Positions 39,654 through 49,339 of a stretch of DNA of 64,000 nucleotides are shown piece after piece. This DNA comes from an uncultured Pelagibacteraceae bacterium (GTDB lineage Bacteria > Pseudomonadota > Alphaproteobacteria > Pelagibacterales > Pelagibacteraceae). Position 1 is the stretch's first letter. Every line of letters starts with the position of its first letter. The notes beneath the pieces are model-generated. The model was not told the origin of the DNA and made no database searches. It saw nothing but the letters and a program-made list of their open reading frames with translations. The position numbers and the translations under genes were made by a program. The DNA lies in assembly GCA_902528645.1 (NCBI GenBank), contig CABZTG010000002.1, positions 25,282 to 89,281 of the forward strand, read 5' to 3'.

Positions 39654-40578
39654 ATAATCTTTCAAAAACTCTTTCAGCACTTAAGTTTTTTAGATCCGTA
39701 ACTTCAATTGGTTTAAAATTTTCTCTTTCAATACTTACTTTGTACGCTGTTGTATGTTTACCGAATAATGTAAGACCTTTGGCTCCTACATGAGCAGCTA
39801 TGTGCGCAGGACCAGTATCATTTGCAACAACAAATGAACTATCTTTTATCAAGCCAGTAAGTTGAGAAATATCTAGCGCTCTTCCATTATCCAGTAAAGC
39901 TAATGCATTAATATTTTTTGCATCACTGATTTCAGTTGGTCCAGGAGCTGTAATAACTTTATATTCTTCACCATACTTATTCGATATTAAATCAATAAGC
40001 TTGTTGTAATAAGGCCATTTTTTAATCGTTAAATGAGGTGAACAGAAAGGAAATAATAAAATATATTTTGTTATTTTATAAAAGTTTTTAATTTCACTTA
40101 TGTCTGTAGCAGCCCAATTAAAATCTGGCCTTAGTGTATTCAATGTACTTAATCCTGAGTCTTTCAATTGATATTCAAATCTTTCGAGAACAGAATTTTT
40201 GTCAAATTCACTTTTATTTTTTCCTGCTGGTAAAGTCGTTGCTGAGCTAGACCATATTTCCTTACCTGCTTTTGGAAAAAGAATATTCTTATAAAAATTA
40301 GTTCTAGATGAATTTTGCAAGTCAAAAACTTTAGAAAAATTATGTTTTTTTATTTCACGCATTAAAAAATATAAATATATTAAATTAAACCTAGGTAGTC
40401 TTTTGTCTAAAATAACATTATGAATAAATGGATTTTTTTTGAATAAATCAATAAATGGTTTTGTAGTAAGAAGATGAATTTGATCATTTTTATGATTTTC
40501 AGATATATCTTGAATAGCACCACTAGCTTGAGATATATCTCCTAAAGATCCATGTTTGATAATTAGTATATTAGACAT
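39637..40578 (-). CDS. Glycosyltransferase family 9 (heptosyltransferase-like)
   Basis: IKHGSLGD, DLQ, KKWP, NDTGPAHIA. Confidence 0.9.
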   Translation of the reverse strand: MSNILIIKHGSLGDISQASGAIQDISENHKNDQIHLLTTKPFIDLFKKNPFIHNVILDKRLPRFNLIYLYFLMREIKKHNFSKVFDLQNSSRTNFYKNILFPKAGKEIWSSSATTLPAGKNKSEFDKNSVLERFEYQLKDSGLSTLNTLRPDFNWAATDISEIKNFYKITKYILLFPFCSPHLTIKKWPYYNKLIDLISNKYGEEYKVITAPGPTEISDAKNINALALLDNGRALDISQLTGLIKDSSFVVANDTGPAHIAAHVGAKGLTLFGKHTTAYKVSIERENFKPIEVTDLKNLSAERVFERLSNSLT

Positions 40579-40610
40579 ATTTATAACAAGATAACATAGT
40601 ATTAAATTTT

Positions 40611-41000
40611 ATGAATAAAATTATAGTAGAAGTTTCAGTTGGAGAACTTTTAGATAAAATTTCAATTTTAGAGATTAAAAAAGAAAAGATAAAAGATGCT
40701 GAAAAATTAAAATTCATTAATAACGAACACTCTATTCTTAAAAATCAGTTAGATGAAAATATCAAATCTGATGAAAAGCTGAATAATCTTTACCAATCTC
40801 TTAAAGAAATTAACTCAAAACTTTGGGTTATTGAGGATGATAAAAGACAATGTGAGAAAGAAAAGGATTTCGGAGAAAAATTTATTAAGCTTTCAAGAGA
40901 TGTTCATTTTCTAAATGATGATCGGGCAAAAATTAAATTAGAGATTAACAATCACACTGGATCAACTATCAAAGAAATAAAAGAATACACCAGTTATTAA
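40611..41000 (+). CDS. Conserved hypothetical protein (DUF6165-like)
   Basis: SVGELLDKISILEIK, LWVIEDD, NDDRAKIK, EIKEY. Confidence 0.78.
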   Translation: MNKIIVEVSVGELLDKISILEIKKEKIKDAEKLKFINNEHSILKNQLDENIKSDEKLNNLYQSLKEINSKLWVIEDDKRQCEKEKDFGEKFIKLSRDVHFLNDDRAKIKLEINNHTGSTIKEIKEYTSY

Positions 41001-41007
41001 ATCATTA

Positions 41008-42159
41008 ATGGGACTTCATTTTTCAAAAGAGGAATTTAAAGTTAGAAAATCGAAGGTTTTAGGCTCCATGAAAGATCAAAACATTGACGCTTTATTAATG
41101 TTTAGACAAGAGTCTATGTATTGGTTAACTGGTTATGACACATTTGGATATGTTTTTTTTCAAACATTAATTTTAGATAAAAAAGGAAACACAATATTAC
41201 TGACTAGAGCTCCAGATTTAAGACAGGCACAAAATACATCCAATATTAAAGATATAAGAATTTGGGTTGATAAAGATGGATCGAACCCAACCGATGATCT
41301 TAGAGTTATTTTGGATGAGCTCAATCTTAAAGGAAAAAAATTAGGAATTGAATATGAGGCTTATGGATTGACTGGAAAAAATACATTGAAGCTCAATAAG
41401 TCTTTAGAGAATTATTGTTCTGTTGAAGATAAATCAGACTTAATAACAAAGTTAAGAGTAGTGAAATCCAAAGAAGAAATTGTTTATGTAAAAAAAGCTG
41501 CAGAACTGGCTGATCAAGCTTTGGATGAAGTTTGGAAATATGCCAAAGCAGGTGTGAATGAGTCTAAGATTTTAGCTGAAATGAATAAAGTTATATTTGA
41601 GGGAGGCGGAGATTATCCTGCAAATGAATTTATTATTGGTTCAGGAAAAAATGCTCTTCTTTGCCGTTATCAATCAGAGAAACAAACTTTAAAAGCTCAA
41701 GATCAATTAACTATAGAATGGGCTGGTACTTATAGACATTACCATTCAGCAATGTTTAGAACAATTCCTATAGGTAAAGCAGATCCTAAACATCATAAAA
41801 TGCATGAGGCGTGTGTTGAAGCGTTAAAGAATTGTGAACATAAATTAAAACCTGGAAATAAAATTGGAGAGGTTTTTGATATTCACGCAAAAACCTTTGA
41901 TGATCTTGGTTTTAATAAAGCAAGAATGAATGCATGTGGCTATTCTTTGGGTACTACTTTTGCTCCAAATTGGATGGATTGGCCAATGTTATATACGGGA
42001 AATCCATATGTGATTGAGCCTGGAAATGTTTTTTTTATGCATATGATATTAATGGACTCGGAAAATCAATTAGCAATGAACTTAGGTGAAACTTATTTAG
42101 TCACTGAGCAAGGTAACGAAAGACTTGGTAAACAAAAAATTGATTTAGTTGTGCTTTAA
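41008..42159 (+). CDS. M24 (pita-bread) family hydrolase, EutD/DoeA/creatinase-like, lacking canonical metal ligands
   Basis: YWLTGYD, LRVVKS.EEI, EWAGTYRHYHSAMFRT, GYSLG...PNW. Confidence 0.8.
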   Translation: MGLHFSKEEFKVRKSKVLGSMKDQNIDALLMFRQESMYWLTGYDTFGYVFFQTLILDKKGNTILLTRAPDLRQAQNTSNIKDIRIWVDKDGSNPTDDLRVILDELNLKGKKLGIEYEAYGLTGKNTLKLNKSLENYCSVEDKSDLITKLRVVKSKEEIVYVKKAAELADQALDEVWKYAKAGVNESKILAEMNKVIFEGGGDYPANEFIIGSGKNALLCRYQSEKQTLKAQDQLTIEWAGTYRHYHSAMFRTIPIGKADPKHHKMHEACVEALKNCEHKLKPGNKIGEVFDIHAKTFDDLGFNKARMNACGYSLGTTFAPNWMDWPMLYTGNPYVIEPGNVFFMHMILMDSENQLAMNLGETYLVTEQGNERLGKQKIDLVVL

Positions 42160-42830
42160 TTAAAGCTGTATTTCTTTTCTAAAAACTTAATCACATTATG
42201 GATTATAAAGGTCATAAATAGATAAATACCACCAGCAACAATAAATACCTCAATTGGTTTAAAAGTTGTTGAAATTATATATTTTGCAACACCTGTAAGG
42301 TCCATTATGGTGACTGTGCTTGCTAAAGAAGTTCCCTTCATCATTAGGATAATTTCATTTCCATAAGCTGGTAAAGATTGTCTAATAGCGATAGGAATTT
42401 GAATTTTATAAAAGATTACTTTATTTGAAATACCCAAACTTTTACCTGCCTCTATTATTCCAGGTTTAATAGTTTGAAATGCGGATCTCAATATCTCTGA
42501 AGTGTAAGCACCCGTGTTTAGAGCAAAAGCAATTATTGCACACCAATACGGTTCTTTTAAGATTACCCATAAAACTGTCGATCTTAAATATTCAATTTGA
42601 CCTAATCCAAAATAAATAATGAATATCTGTACTAAAAGTGGTGTACCTCTAAAAACATACGAATATCCATATGCAAATCTATTGATAAATATATTTTTAT
42701 TTAATCTTAGAATTGCAAAAAATAAGCCAATGAATAATCCAATTATTAAAGAAACTGAAAGAAGTTTTAAAGTTATTACAGCAGCATTTAGCAACTTTGG
42801 AAAACTATTAATCATTAATTCAAGATCCAT
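42156..42830 (-). CDS. Polar amino-acid ABC permease (HisM/OccM-like)
   Basis: FRGTPLLVQ, AYTSEILR, EAA loop, KGTSLAS. Confidence 0.92.
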   Translation of the reverse strand: MDLELMINSFPKLLNAAVITLKLLSVSLIIGLFIGLFFAILRLNKNIFINRFAYGYSYVFRGTPLLVQIFIIYFGLGQIEYLRSTVLWVILKEPYWCAIIAFALNTGAYTSEILRSAFQTIKPGIIEAGKSLGISNKVIFYKIQIPIAIRQSLPAYGNEIILMMKGTSLASTVTIMDLTGVAKYIISTTFKPIEVFIVAGGIYLFMTFIIHNVIKFLEKKYSFN

Positions 42831-43522
42831 TAGTACCCCCTACTATATTTAACTTCTAATCTGTTAATTAATTTCATGCTTACAAAAGTAAGTAGTAAAT
42901 ACAAAACTGCAGCAAATGAATAAAAGAATAATGGATCTCTCGTTGATCCAGCAGCAATATAAGATTGTCTCATGATTTCAACTAAACCTGTAACTGAAAT
43001 TAGAGAAGTGTCTTTTAGAGTTATCTGCCAAACATTACTTAGATTTGGAATAGCTAATCTTAATGTTTGAGGTAAAATAATTTTAAAAAATTTTCCAAAT
43101 TTATTTAAACCTAAAACATTGGCAGCTTCGAACTGGCCTTTATCAATTGATTGAATTGCTCCCCTAAAAACTTCAGTTGAATAAGCACCAGAAATTATTC
43201 CAATTGCAAATGCACCTGTGATAAATGCATTTATTTCAATGTACTCATTATAACCAAATATTGATGCAACAAACATAACTGCACCAGTTCCACCAAAAAA
43301 GAAAAGGTAAATTACTAATAATTCTGGAACACCTCTTATTATAGTTGTGTAAGAATTAGCTATGAAATTCAAAAACTTATTTTTAGATAATTTTAATGGA
43401 GTAAAGATTAACGCAAAAAGAAAACCTGTAATCATTGCTGTAACTGAAACAGCTATCGTCATTAGAGTGGCACGAAATAACTCGTCACCCCAACCAGTAT
43501 CTCCAAATGCTAGAAGTTCCAT
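42830..43522 (-). CDS. Polar amino-acid ABC permease (HisQ/OccQ-like)
   Basis: IRGVPEL, AYSTEVFRG, GQFEAA, KDTSL. Confidence 0.92.
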   Translation of the reverse strand: MELLAFGDTGWGDELFRATLMTIAVSVTAMITGFLFALIFTPLKLSKNKFLNFIANSYTTIIRGVPELLVIYLFFFGGTGAVMFVASIFGYNEYIEINAFITGAFAIGIISGAYSTEVFRGAIQSIDKGQFEAANVLGLNKFGKFFKIILPQTLRLAIPNLSNVWQITLKDTSLISVTGLVEIMRQSYIAAGSTRDPLFFYSFAAVLYLLLTFVSMKLINRLEVKYSRGY

Positions 43523-43523
43523 A

Positions 43524-43559
43524 TAGATTGGCGACTATACATTATAGTCGCCAAATCTA
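43524..43559 (-). terminator. Intercistronic hairpin between the SBP and permease genes
   Basis: TAGATTGGCGACTATA-cat-TATAGTCGCCAA(A)TCTA, ending 1-2 nt before the permease ATG. Confidence 0.7.
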
Positions 43560-43566
43560 AAATTAA

Positions 43567-44397
43567 TTACATAGAGGCATCAAAACCAAACCATTTAGTA
43601 GCTATTCTACTAATGTCTCCGTTTTTTCTAGCCTTCTCGATTGCTTTGTTAAATGCTTTTAATAATTCAGTGTCATCTTTTCTAATTCCAACTCCAACAC
43701 CATTACCAAATGCTCCACCTGAAAAAGTTGGTCCTACAAGAACAACTGGTTTACCAGATTTTTCAGCATAATCTGTAAAAGCAACTGCAGCTGCTAATGC
43801 AACATCGCATCTTCCTGATGCTAAATCTAAGTTGACTTCATCTTGAGTTTTGTAAGTTCTTAGATTTATTTTTCCAACATCACCAGATTCTAAAAAGTTT
43901 TGGTGAATAGTTGCTGTTTGTGTACAAACAGTTTTACCAGCAAGTGCACCTGTTAAAGTTTTTAAAGTTTTTTTAACACCTGAACCACCTAAAGTAAGAT
44001 TGATCCCCTCTGGAGTATCCATACCTTCAAGGTCAGAACCTTTCATAACTGCTAAAGATGCAACTTCATCTGCATAACCTTGAGAAAAGCTAATAGCTTT
44101 CTGTCTTTCAGCAGTAATAGACATACCTGCCATAATTGCATCAAATTTTCTCATAATTAAAGCTGGTATCATTCCATCCCAATCTTGTTCAACTATCTCA
44201 CATTGTTGTCCAATATATCTGCAAAGTGTGTAAGCTAATTCGACTTCAAATCCAATTAATTTACCTGATGCATCTTTAGAATTCCATGGAGGATAAGCAC
44301 CTTCTGTTCCAATTTTAATTTTATCAGCATTAACATTTCCAATAATCAATAATGAAAATAAAACTGAAAAAATAGTTTTTTTAAATATATTCATCAT
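43567..44397 (-). CDS. Basic amino-acid (Arg/Lys/Orn/opine-type) ABC substrate-binding protein
   Basis: Signal peptide; TEGAYPPWN, WDGMIPAL, MSITAER. Confidence 0.9.
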   Translation of the reverse strand: MMNIFKKTIFSVLFSLLIIGNVNADKIKIGTEGAYPPWNSKDASGKLIGFEVELAYTLCRYIGQQCEIVEQDWDGMIPALIMRKFDAIMAGMSITAERQKAISFSQGYADEVASLAVMKGSDLEGMDTPEGINLTLGGSGVKKTLKTLTGALAGKTVCTQTATIHQNFLESGDVGKINLRTYKTQDEVNLDLASGRCDVALAAAVAFTDYAEKSGKPVVLVGPTFSGGAFGNGVGVGIRKDDTELLKAFNKAIEKARKNGDISRIATKWFGFDASM

Positions 44398-44454
44398 TCT
44401 CTCCTTTAATAAAAAAATATTATTTCACAAATCAGAGACTTTAAAAAGAAAAAA

Positions 44455-45495
44455 CTAATGATTTATTGAAGACGAGAAATTCCAAGAACAATCAAAACTG
44501 GGTACATAAACCCTAGATAATTTGGTATTTCCAAAATGATGATGAAAAACATTCATCCAATTTTCAACTTGAAGAGGTTTTTTATCTTGGCTGCCAACTT
44601 GTGCTGTGATCACACCCTTTGGTTTTAATATTCTTACTAAAGAGTCCATATTTTTTGCAGCCAAATCTATACAAAACTGATCATCATTTAAATCTACAAA
44701 AATATGATCGTATGTATCGTCTTTTACTAATTTAATACTATGAAACGCATCTCCCCAAACACATTTAACTGAATTTTTTTCTGTGGCTTTTTTTCCAATG
44801 TCCCCTAAATGTTTATTACAAACTTCAACTACCTCAGGATCAAGCTCATACCAATCGATAAAATTAAATTTTTTAGATATGCATTCTCTGGCAACGCCTC
44901 CATCACCACCACCAATGATTGCAGCTCTTTCATTGTTTTTATTTAATTTCAACCCTGCTCCCACAAATGTTGAGCTATACAAATGTTCATCAGACTCAGC
45001 TACTTGAATTTCACCATCAATAAACAATGATTTACCAAATTGCTCTAACTCTAAAATCTCGATATGTTGACCCACTTTTGATTTAAAATCTTCTAAAACT
45101 TCATTTACAACATATGATTTTTGTAAACCTGGTGAGCTGTAAATATCGTGATAAAGAGATCTTGTGTCTCTGTTAAATTCCTTTTTTACAATTCTTTTGT
45201 GCTTAAATTCTTTTTTAACAATATCAATCGCTACTGAGGGACTGATTTTTCCACAAGTAAAGAAATCAAAACTTATAATTCCTTTTTCAGGAAATGTATG
45301 AAAACTGATGTGACTTTCAGCTAATAGTGCAAGAATTGTAAAGCCCTGTGGTTCAAACTTATATTTTGATATATTTAAGATTGTAACTTTAGCTACTTTA
45401 GCAATCTCTTTAATAATTCTTTCATAAACTGACGGATCATATTCTTTATCAGTACCAATTATATCTAAAGTAATGTGCTCCCCTACTTTTATCAT
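44455..45495 (-). CDS. Fused S-adenosylmethionine decarboxylase + aminopropyltransferase (SpeD-SpeE)
   Basis: N-terminal LAE|SHISFHTFPE...DFFTCG (pyruvoyl SpeD); C-terminal LFIDGEIQ, IIGGGDGGVARE, ELDPEV (SpeE). Confidence 0.9.
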   Translation of the reverse strand: MIKVGEHITLDIIGTDKEYDPSVYERIIKEIAKVAKVTILNISKYKFEPQGFTILALLAESHISFHTFPEKGIISFDFFTCGKISPSVAIDIVKKEFKHKRIVKKEFNRDTRSLYHDIYSSPGLQKSYVVNEVLEDFKSKVGQHIEILELEQFGKSLFIDGEIQVAESDEHLYSSTFVGAGLKLNKNNERAAIIGGGDGGVARECISKKFNFIDWYELDPEVVEVCNKHLGDIGKKATEKNSVKCVWGDAFHSIKLVKDDTYDHIFVDLNDDQFCIDLAAKNMDSLVRILKPKGVITAQVGSQDKKPLQVENWMNVFHHHFGNTKLSRVYVPSFDCSWNFSSSINH

Positions 45496-45496
45496 A

Positions 45497-46153
45497 TTAC
45501 CCTTTTTTATAATTTCTAGCTTTTTCCAAAACTTTTTTCATTTCTTCTAATGAAAGAATCTTTGGCTCTCCTAACTTTAGTGCAATAGTGTATTGATGAC
45601 AAATATTTTCTATCTCTTGTGCTAGTTCAAATGCTTGGTCTAAATTTTTTCCAAAAGCAACCTGTCCGTGATTAGACATCAAACAGGCACTTCTATTTTC
45701 TAAAGCTTTAATTACATTTTGTGAAAGTTCTTTTGTCCCAAAAGTAGCGTATTCAGCACATTTAATGTCTTCTCCTCCTGCAAGAGCAATCATGTAATGA
45801 AACGGAGGTATGGATTTTCCGTGTGAAGATACAGCTGTTGCGTGTGGAGAATGTGCATGAACAATTGCTTGGGCATCTTTTTTATTAACATAAATATCTC
45901 TATGAAATCTCCATTCGGAAGATGGTTTGTTCACTGAGTCGTTATCTACTGCTTCTTCATTTAAACCCATAAAAACAATATCTTCTGGCTTTAATGTTTC
46001 ATATTTTTTTCCTGATGGAGTAATTAAATAACCTTGAATATTATCTTGTTCTGCTCTCAAAGATATATTTCCTGATCGTAGCGGTGAAAGATTTGTAGAG
46101 TTCAATTTTAGAGAATGCTCAATAATTTGATTTCTTTGGTCTAAATTCTTCAT
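45497..46153 (-). CDS. Class II aldolase, probable methylthio-/deoxy-ribulose-1-phosphate aldolase (Ald2)
   Basis: SGNIS, ITPSG, PSSEWRFH, HAHS, FHYM, NHG; follows mtnP-mtnA. Confidence 0.85.
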   Translation of the reverse strand: MKNLDQRNQIIEHSLKLNSTNLSPLRSGNISLRAEQDNIQGYLITPSGKKYETLKPEDIVFMGLNEEAVDNDSVNKPSSEWRFHRDIYVNKKDAQAIVHAHSPHATAVSSHGKSIPPFHYMIALAGGEDIKCAEYATFGTKELSQNVIKALENRSACLMSNHGQVAFGKNLDQAFELAQEIENICHQYTIALKLGEPKILSLEEMKKVLEKARNYKKG

Positions 46154-47220
46154 TTAAATAATTCTTTTAGTCCTCTTTCTGATGCTTCACATATGCCTTT
46201 TTCGGTAATTAATCCTGTAACATATTTTGCTGGAGTTACATCAAAAGCCAAATTCATAGCTTTACTTTTTTTTGGATAAATTTGTATTTTCTTTATATTT
46301 CCTTTTTCATCTAAACCTTCTACATGAGATAATTCCTCTGAATTTCTCTCCTCAATTGGAATATCTTTATGATCTTTTATATTCCAGTCAATTGTTGAGC
46401 TTGGTAGTGCAACATAAAAAGGAATTTTGTTATCGTGAGCTGCTAATGCTTTTAGATAAGTTCCAACTTTATTACAAACATCTCCATTGGCTAGAGTTCT
46501 GTCTGTTCCAACAATACACATATCAACCTCTCCTCTTTGCATCAAAATTCCACCTGTGTTATCTGCAATGATTGTGTTCTTAATTCCCTCTTCATTTAAT
46601 TCATAAGAAGTAAGATTTGCCCCTTGATTTCTTGGTCTAGTTTCATCTGCCCATACATGAATAGGAATTCCTTTTTTGTGTGCATGATAGATTGGAGAAG
46701 TTGCGGTCCCCCAATTTATTGTTGCAAGCCAACCTGCATTACAATGAGTTAAGATATTAACTGTATCTTTTTTTTTATTATAAATTTCCTCTATTATTTT
46801 AAGACCATTTAATCCTATATTTTCACAAAATTTTATATCTTCTTCGCATATATCTTTTGCTTCATTAAGAGCTATTTCTAAAATTTTATCACTATTTAAA
46901 CCCGATAATTTACTCATCATTCTATCAACAGCCCATTTTAAATTTATTGCTGTTGGTCTTGAACTTATTAATTCATCTGCAGATTTTTTCAAAAATGATT
47001 GATCATTATTTTCAATAATTGCCAAAACTAATCCATAAGCTGCTGTAGCACCTATCAAGGGTGCCCCTCTTACTTCCATAATTTTTATAGCATTAATTGC
47101 ATCTTTAACTGTCTTTAGATCCTTTATGATAAATTGATGTGGTAGTTTTGTTTGATCAATAATTTTTACAACATTATCCTCAAACCAAATAGTACGATAA
47201 TCTTTTCCTTCTATTCTCAT
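46150..47220 (-). CDS. mtnA: Methylthioribose-1-phosphate isomerase
   Basis: VRGAP, SRPTA, LTHCNAG, DETRPRNQG, NKVGT, FDVTP. Confidence 0.95.
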   Translation of the reverse strand: MRIEGKDYRTIWFEDNVVKIIDQTKLPHQFIIKDLKTVKDAINAIKIMEVRGAPLIGATAAYGLVLAIIENNDQSFLKKSADELISSRPTAINLKWAVDRMMSKLSGLNSDKILEIALNEAKDICEEDIKFCENIGLNGLKIIEEIYNKKKDTVNILTHCNAGWLATINWGTATSPIYHAHKKGIPIHVWADETRPRNQGANLTSYELNEEGIKNTIIADNTGGILMQRGEVDMCIVGTDRTLANGDVCNKVGTYLKALAAHDNKIPFYVALPSSTIDWNIKDHKDIPIEERNSEELSHVEGLDEKGNIKKIQIYPKKSKAMNLAFDVTPAKYVTGLITEKGICEASERGLKELFK

Positions 47221-48089
47221 TTATTTAGAACTCTACCCGCAACTGTTTTAAGTTTATCTATAGTTTTTTTTGTTCTTTTTTCTGGTGCAGTAATAATAGC
47301 AACATCTAAACAATTATTTGTTGGATCTTGAGAATCAATATGATTTTCAAAATTTTCTATCAAATTTTTAATCATATTTTTTGCTTTAGCCGCATTTCCT
47401 AAAAGAACTTTTATTACTTGTTGCACATCTACATTTTCATGATCTGGATGCCAACAATCATAATCAGTTACCATTGAAACAGATGCGTACCTAATTTCTG
47501 CTTCTCTAGCTAATTTAGCTTCTGGCATATTAGTCATACCAATTACATCAGCTTTCCACGATCTATAAAGATTGGATTCAGCTAAAGTTGAAAATTGCGG
47601 CCCTTCCATTACTACATAAGTTCCGCCTCTTTGATATTCTATTTTTTCTTTCTTAATAGCTTCTTCACACGCATTCATCAGACCATTTGATGTTGGATGA
47701 GCCATAGAAACATGGGCAACGATTTCGTCGTCAAAAAAAGTTTTATTTCTTGCAAAAGTTCTATCTATAAATTGATCAACAATTACAAATTTACCTGGCG
47801 GTAAATCTTCTTTTAAAGATCCAACAGCTGATACAGAAACAATGTCAGAAACACCTAATTGTTTTAACGCATCAATATTAGCTCTAAAATTTATTTTTGA
47901 AGGTGGAATAAAATGCCCCCTTCCATGTCTTGGTAAAAAATAAACCTCTTTATTTTTATATTTTGTCTTTAAAATTTGATCTGAGGGTTTCCCCCAGGGA
48001 GTTTGTAAATCAACTAACTCTCGATTTTCAAATTCCTCAACATCATATAAACCGCTTCCACCAATGATTGCTAATTTATTTATTGTCAT
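47217..48089 (-). CDS. mtnP: 5'-methylthioadenosine phosphorylase
   Basis: IIGGSG, RHGRGH, EGPQFST, GMT, VTDYDCW. Confidence 0.95.
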   Translation of the reverse strand: MTINKLAIIGGSGLYDVEEFENRELVDLQTPWGKPSDQILKTKYKNKEVYFLPRHGRGHFIPPSKINFRANIDALKQLGVSDIVSVSAVGSLKEDLPPGKFVIVDQFIDRTFARNKTFFDDEIVAHVSMAHPTSNGLMNACEEAIKKEKIEYQRGGTYVVMEGPQFSTLAESNLYRSWKADVIGMTNMPEAKLAREAEIRYASVSMVTDYDCWHPDHENVDVQQVIKVLLGNAAKAKNMIKNLIENFENHIDSQDPTNNCLDVAIITAPEKRTKKTIDKLKTVAGRVLNK

Positions 48090-48131
48090 CTTAAAATATT
48101 TTAATTAATTATTAATATATAATTTAACCTT

Positions 48132-48659
48132 ATGAATTTAAAAGATTTTATTAGATCAATTCCAGATTATCCAAAAAAGGGGATATTATTTCGAGATATA
48201 ACAACATTAATTAAAAATGAAAAAGCATTTTCTGAAACAATAAATCAGATAGTTGAGAGGAGTAAAAAAGTAAAATTTGATAAAATTGCAGCTATTGAAT
48301 CAAGAGGCTTTGTCTTTGCTTCTGCTGTTTCATACATACTAAAAAAACCATTTGTGATGCTTAGAAAGAAAAATAAATTACCAGCTGATGTTCACTCAAT
48401 AGATTTTGAACTCGAATATGGTACTGCTACAATAGAGGTGCACAAAGATTCTATTGATGAAAATGATGAGGTTTTAATTATTGATGATTTAATCGCAACT
48501 GGTGGTACTGCTGAGGCAGCAGCTAAGTTAGTTGAAATTTCAAAAGGAAAAGTTGCTGCTTTTATTTTTGTTATTAATTTGTTTGATCTCAATGGCACGG
48601 ACAAATTAGTAAAAAAAGGTTATAAAGTTGAAAACTTAATTGATTTTCCAGGTCATTAA
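48132..48659 (+). CDS. apt: Adenine phosphoribosyltransferase
   Basis: FRDITT, IESRGF, LEYG, IDDLIATGGT. Confidence 0.96.
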   Translation: MNLKDFIRSIPDYPKKGILFRDITTLIKNEKAFSETINQIVERSKKVKFDKIAAIESRGFVFASAVSYILKKPFVMLRKKNKLPADVHSIDFELEYGTATIEVHKDSIDENDEVLIIDDLIATGGTAEAAAKLVEISKGKVAAFIFVINLFDLNGTDKLVKKGYKVENLIDFPGH

Positions 48660-48661
48660 AA

Positions 48662-49339
48662 ATGGAAAGATTAAATAAAATTTCTAAAATATTTAACAAA
48701 ATCTATTACAACCTTTTCGTCGAAAATTTTAAAGGTAAACTTCATTACAATTTTCCACAAAATTATTTTCGTTGGGATCTTATTGAATATTTGATTAATA
48801 AATATGGATATTCTGATTACTTGGAAATAGGCTGTGATCAAGATCAGTTGTTTTCAAAAATTAAGATACAAAATAAAGTTGGTGTAGATCCAAGTAGTGG
48901 TGGGAATGTGAGAAAAACAAGTGATGAATTTTTTAAGAAAAATAAAAATAAATTTGACATAGTTTTCATTGATGGCCTTCATACTTATGATCAAGTAAAA
49001 AAAGATATTTTAAATTCAGTAAATTGTTTAAAAGAAAATGGTATTGTCTTGGTTCACGATTGTATGCCTGATAGTCTAAGTAAACAAGCTGTTCCGAGAT
49101 ACAGGATGATATGGAATGGGGATGTTTGGAAAGCAATAGTTGACTTGAGACAAAGAGAAGATTTAGAAATTTTTACATGTGAAATGGATCAAGGTATAGG
49201 AATAATAAAAAAAGAGAAAAATACCTCAATCTTGGAAATTAAAAAACCTGCGAGAAATCTAAAGTTTAAAGATTACTATGCAAATTACAAAAAATTTCTA
49301 AGAGTAATAAGTGTAGAAGAATTAAAAGAGAAATATTAA
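48662..49339 (+). CDS. Class I SAM-dependent methyltransferase (Methyltransf_24-like)
   Basis: YLEIG, GVDP, FIDGLH, HDC, WNGDVWK. Confidence 0.78.
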   Translation: MERLNKISKIFNKIYYNLFVENFKGKLHYNFPQNYFRWDLIEYLINKYGYSDYLEIGCDQDQLFSKIKIQNKVGVDPSSGGNVRKTSDEFFKKNKNKFDIVFIDGLHTYDQVKKDILNSVNCLKENGIVLVHDCMPDSLSKQAVPRYRMIWNGDVWKAIVDLRQREDLEIFTCEMDQGIGIIKKEKNTSILEIKKPARNLKFKDYYANYKKFLRVISVEELKEKY

